From NCBI GenBank assembly GCA_964487385.1, contig CAZAQM010000001.1:1-58004 (forward strand): 58,004 bases of DNA. The letters are read 5' to 3'. Under the pieces are notes generated by a model. It was given only the letters and a program-made list of their open reading frames with translations, had not been told where the DNA came from and did no database searches. Source of the DNA: an uncultured Dethiobacter sp. (lineage in GTDB: Bacteria; Bacillota; Dethiobacteria; DTU022; UBA8154). A program made the position numbers and the translations under genes. Shown here one piece after another: positions 57,317 through 58,004 of this stretch. Position 1 is the stretch's first letter, and the number at the start of each line of letters is the position of its first letter.

Positions 57317-57859
57317 GTGAAAAAAATATTTAAAGGAATTACAATTGAGTGTCAGCAGGGTAATATTTCTGCCCAGCACGATATTACAGCGATCGTCAAC
57401 GCAGCAAATGCCCGGCTCAGGACAGGAGGCGGGGTTGCCGGGGCTATCCATCGCGCCGCAGGTCCCGGCCTGGAGCAGGAGTGCCGCCCGCTGGCTCCCA
57501 TCAAGACCGGTGAGGCCGTTATTACTGGGGGGCACAAGCTGCCCAATCGCTATGTCATTCATTGTTTAGGGCCCGTGTATGGTGTTGACAGGCCCGAGGC
57601 GGTGCTGCTGGGGAATTGTTACCGTAACGCCTTAAAGCTTGTCGAACAGAGAAAAATTGATTCCATTGCTTTTCCGGCAATTTCCACGGGCATATTTGGT
57701 TATCCCCTTGCCGAGGCTGCAGAAGTTGCCGTGAAAACTGTTATGGAGGTAATTGTTGCTTTCAAGCCGGAGCATCTTAAAACCGTTCTCTTTGTTCTTT
57801 TTGGCCCAAGGGACCTGCAGGTTTACGAAGAAACGATGTCCCGTTTAATGCCTGATTAA
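57317..57859 (+). CDS. macro-domain protein (ADP-ribose / O-acetyl-ADP-ribose hydrolase type)
   Basis: GDITAQ-like GNISAQHDITAIVNAANARLRTGGGVAGAIH and ISTGIFGYP are present. GTG start follows GGGGAGG. Confidence 0.85.
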   Translation: MKKIFKGITIECQQGNISAQHDITAIVNAANARLRTGGGVAGAIHRAAGPGLEQECRPLAPIKTGEAVITGGHKLPNRYVIHCLGPVYGVDRPEAVLLGNCYRNALKLVEQRKIDSIAFPAISTGIFGYPLAEAAEVAVKTVMEVIVAFKPEHLKTVLFVLFGPRDLQVYEETMSRLMPD

Positions 57860-57890
57860 TCGATTGCCACGCTCAGGGATACCGTAAAAT

Positions 57891-57948
57891 AACAACAACA
57901 GGCTCCGGCAATAGTGAAAGCGATTGCCGAGCCTGTTGTTGTTTTTTT
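57891..57948 (+). terminator. strong rho-independent terminator
   Basis: AACAACAACAGGCTCCGGCAAT pairs with ATTGCCGAGCCTGTTGTTGTT (~21 bp stem, one bulge), followed by a T run. Confidence 0.85.
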
Positions 57949-58004
57949 AAAACCCTCCCATAGAAGGGAAAAGGTCACAAAAATAATCTTATCGGCAGCT
58001 ATTG

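Overview
This 58 kb window is almost all plus-strand, housekeeping and sporulation genes from the core chromosome of an endospore-forming Firmicute. Gene content looks Clostridia-like, but that taxonomic guess is inference only. Gene order follows two classic Bacillus subtilis blocks. The first is pyrH-frr-uppS-cdsA-dxr-rseP-(ispG)-rimP-nusA-ylxR-infB-rbfA-truB-ribF-rpsO-pnp-ylxY-like deacetylases-dpaA-dpaB-dapA-rnj-tepA-ylzJ-ftsK/spoIIIE. The second is rodZ-like, rimO ... thpR-recA-rny ... spoVS. After these come a dipeptidase, a PHP phosphoesterase and the membrane half of a Na+-translocating decarboxylase (gamma, biotin carrier, beta). Then follow a NarL-type response regulator, a TPR protein and four tRNAs (Thr-Tyr-Lys-Leu). 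Next is a SAM by-product salvage cluster (ahcY-like, mtnP, mtnA, mtaD) and surE. The window ends with a small AT-richer accessory islet (orphan membrane protein, atypical recombinase-like protein, LRR lipoprotein) followed by a macro-domain protein. I saw no CRISPR array, rRNA, transposase or intact prophage. The points most worth a second look are: (1) the ahcY-like gene is split by what looks like a 3n+1 nt (probably 13 nt) deletion that removes the conserved HFDxE motif; (2) a three-gene membrane module (small anchor protein, FtsH paralogue without a periplasmic domain, polytopic metallophosphoesterase) sits where pgsA-cinA lie in B. subtilis; (3) a tyrosine-recombinase-like protein lacks its core-binding domain, has Thr in place of catalytic Arg-I and carries a C-terminal zinc ribbon, next to a likely deoC remnant; (4) a T9 tract separates a deacetylase from its signal peptide; (5) the decarboxylase pump module has no carboxyltransferase gene nearby. 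All product calls come from motifs I recognise in the supplied translations plus synteny. No database search was run. Promoter, terminator and operator calls are consensus matches made by eye.
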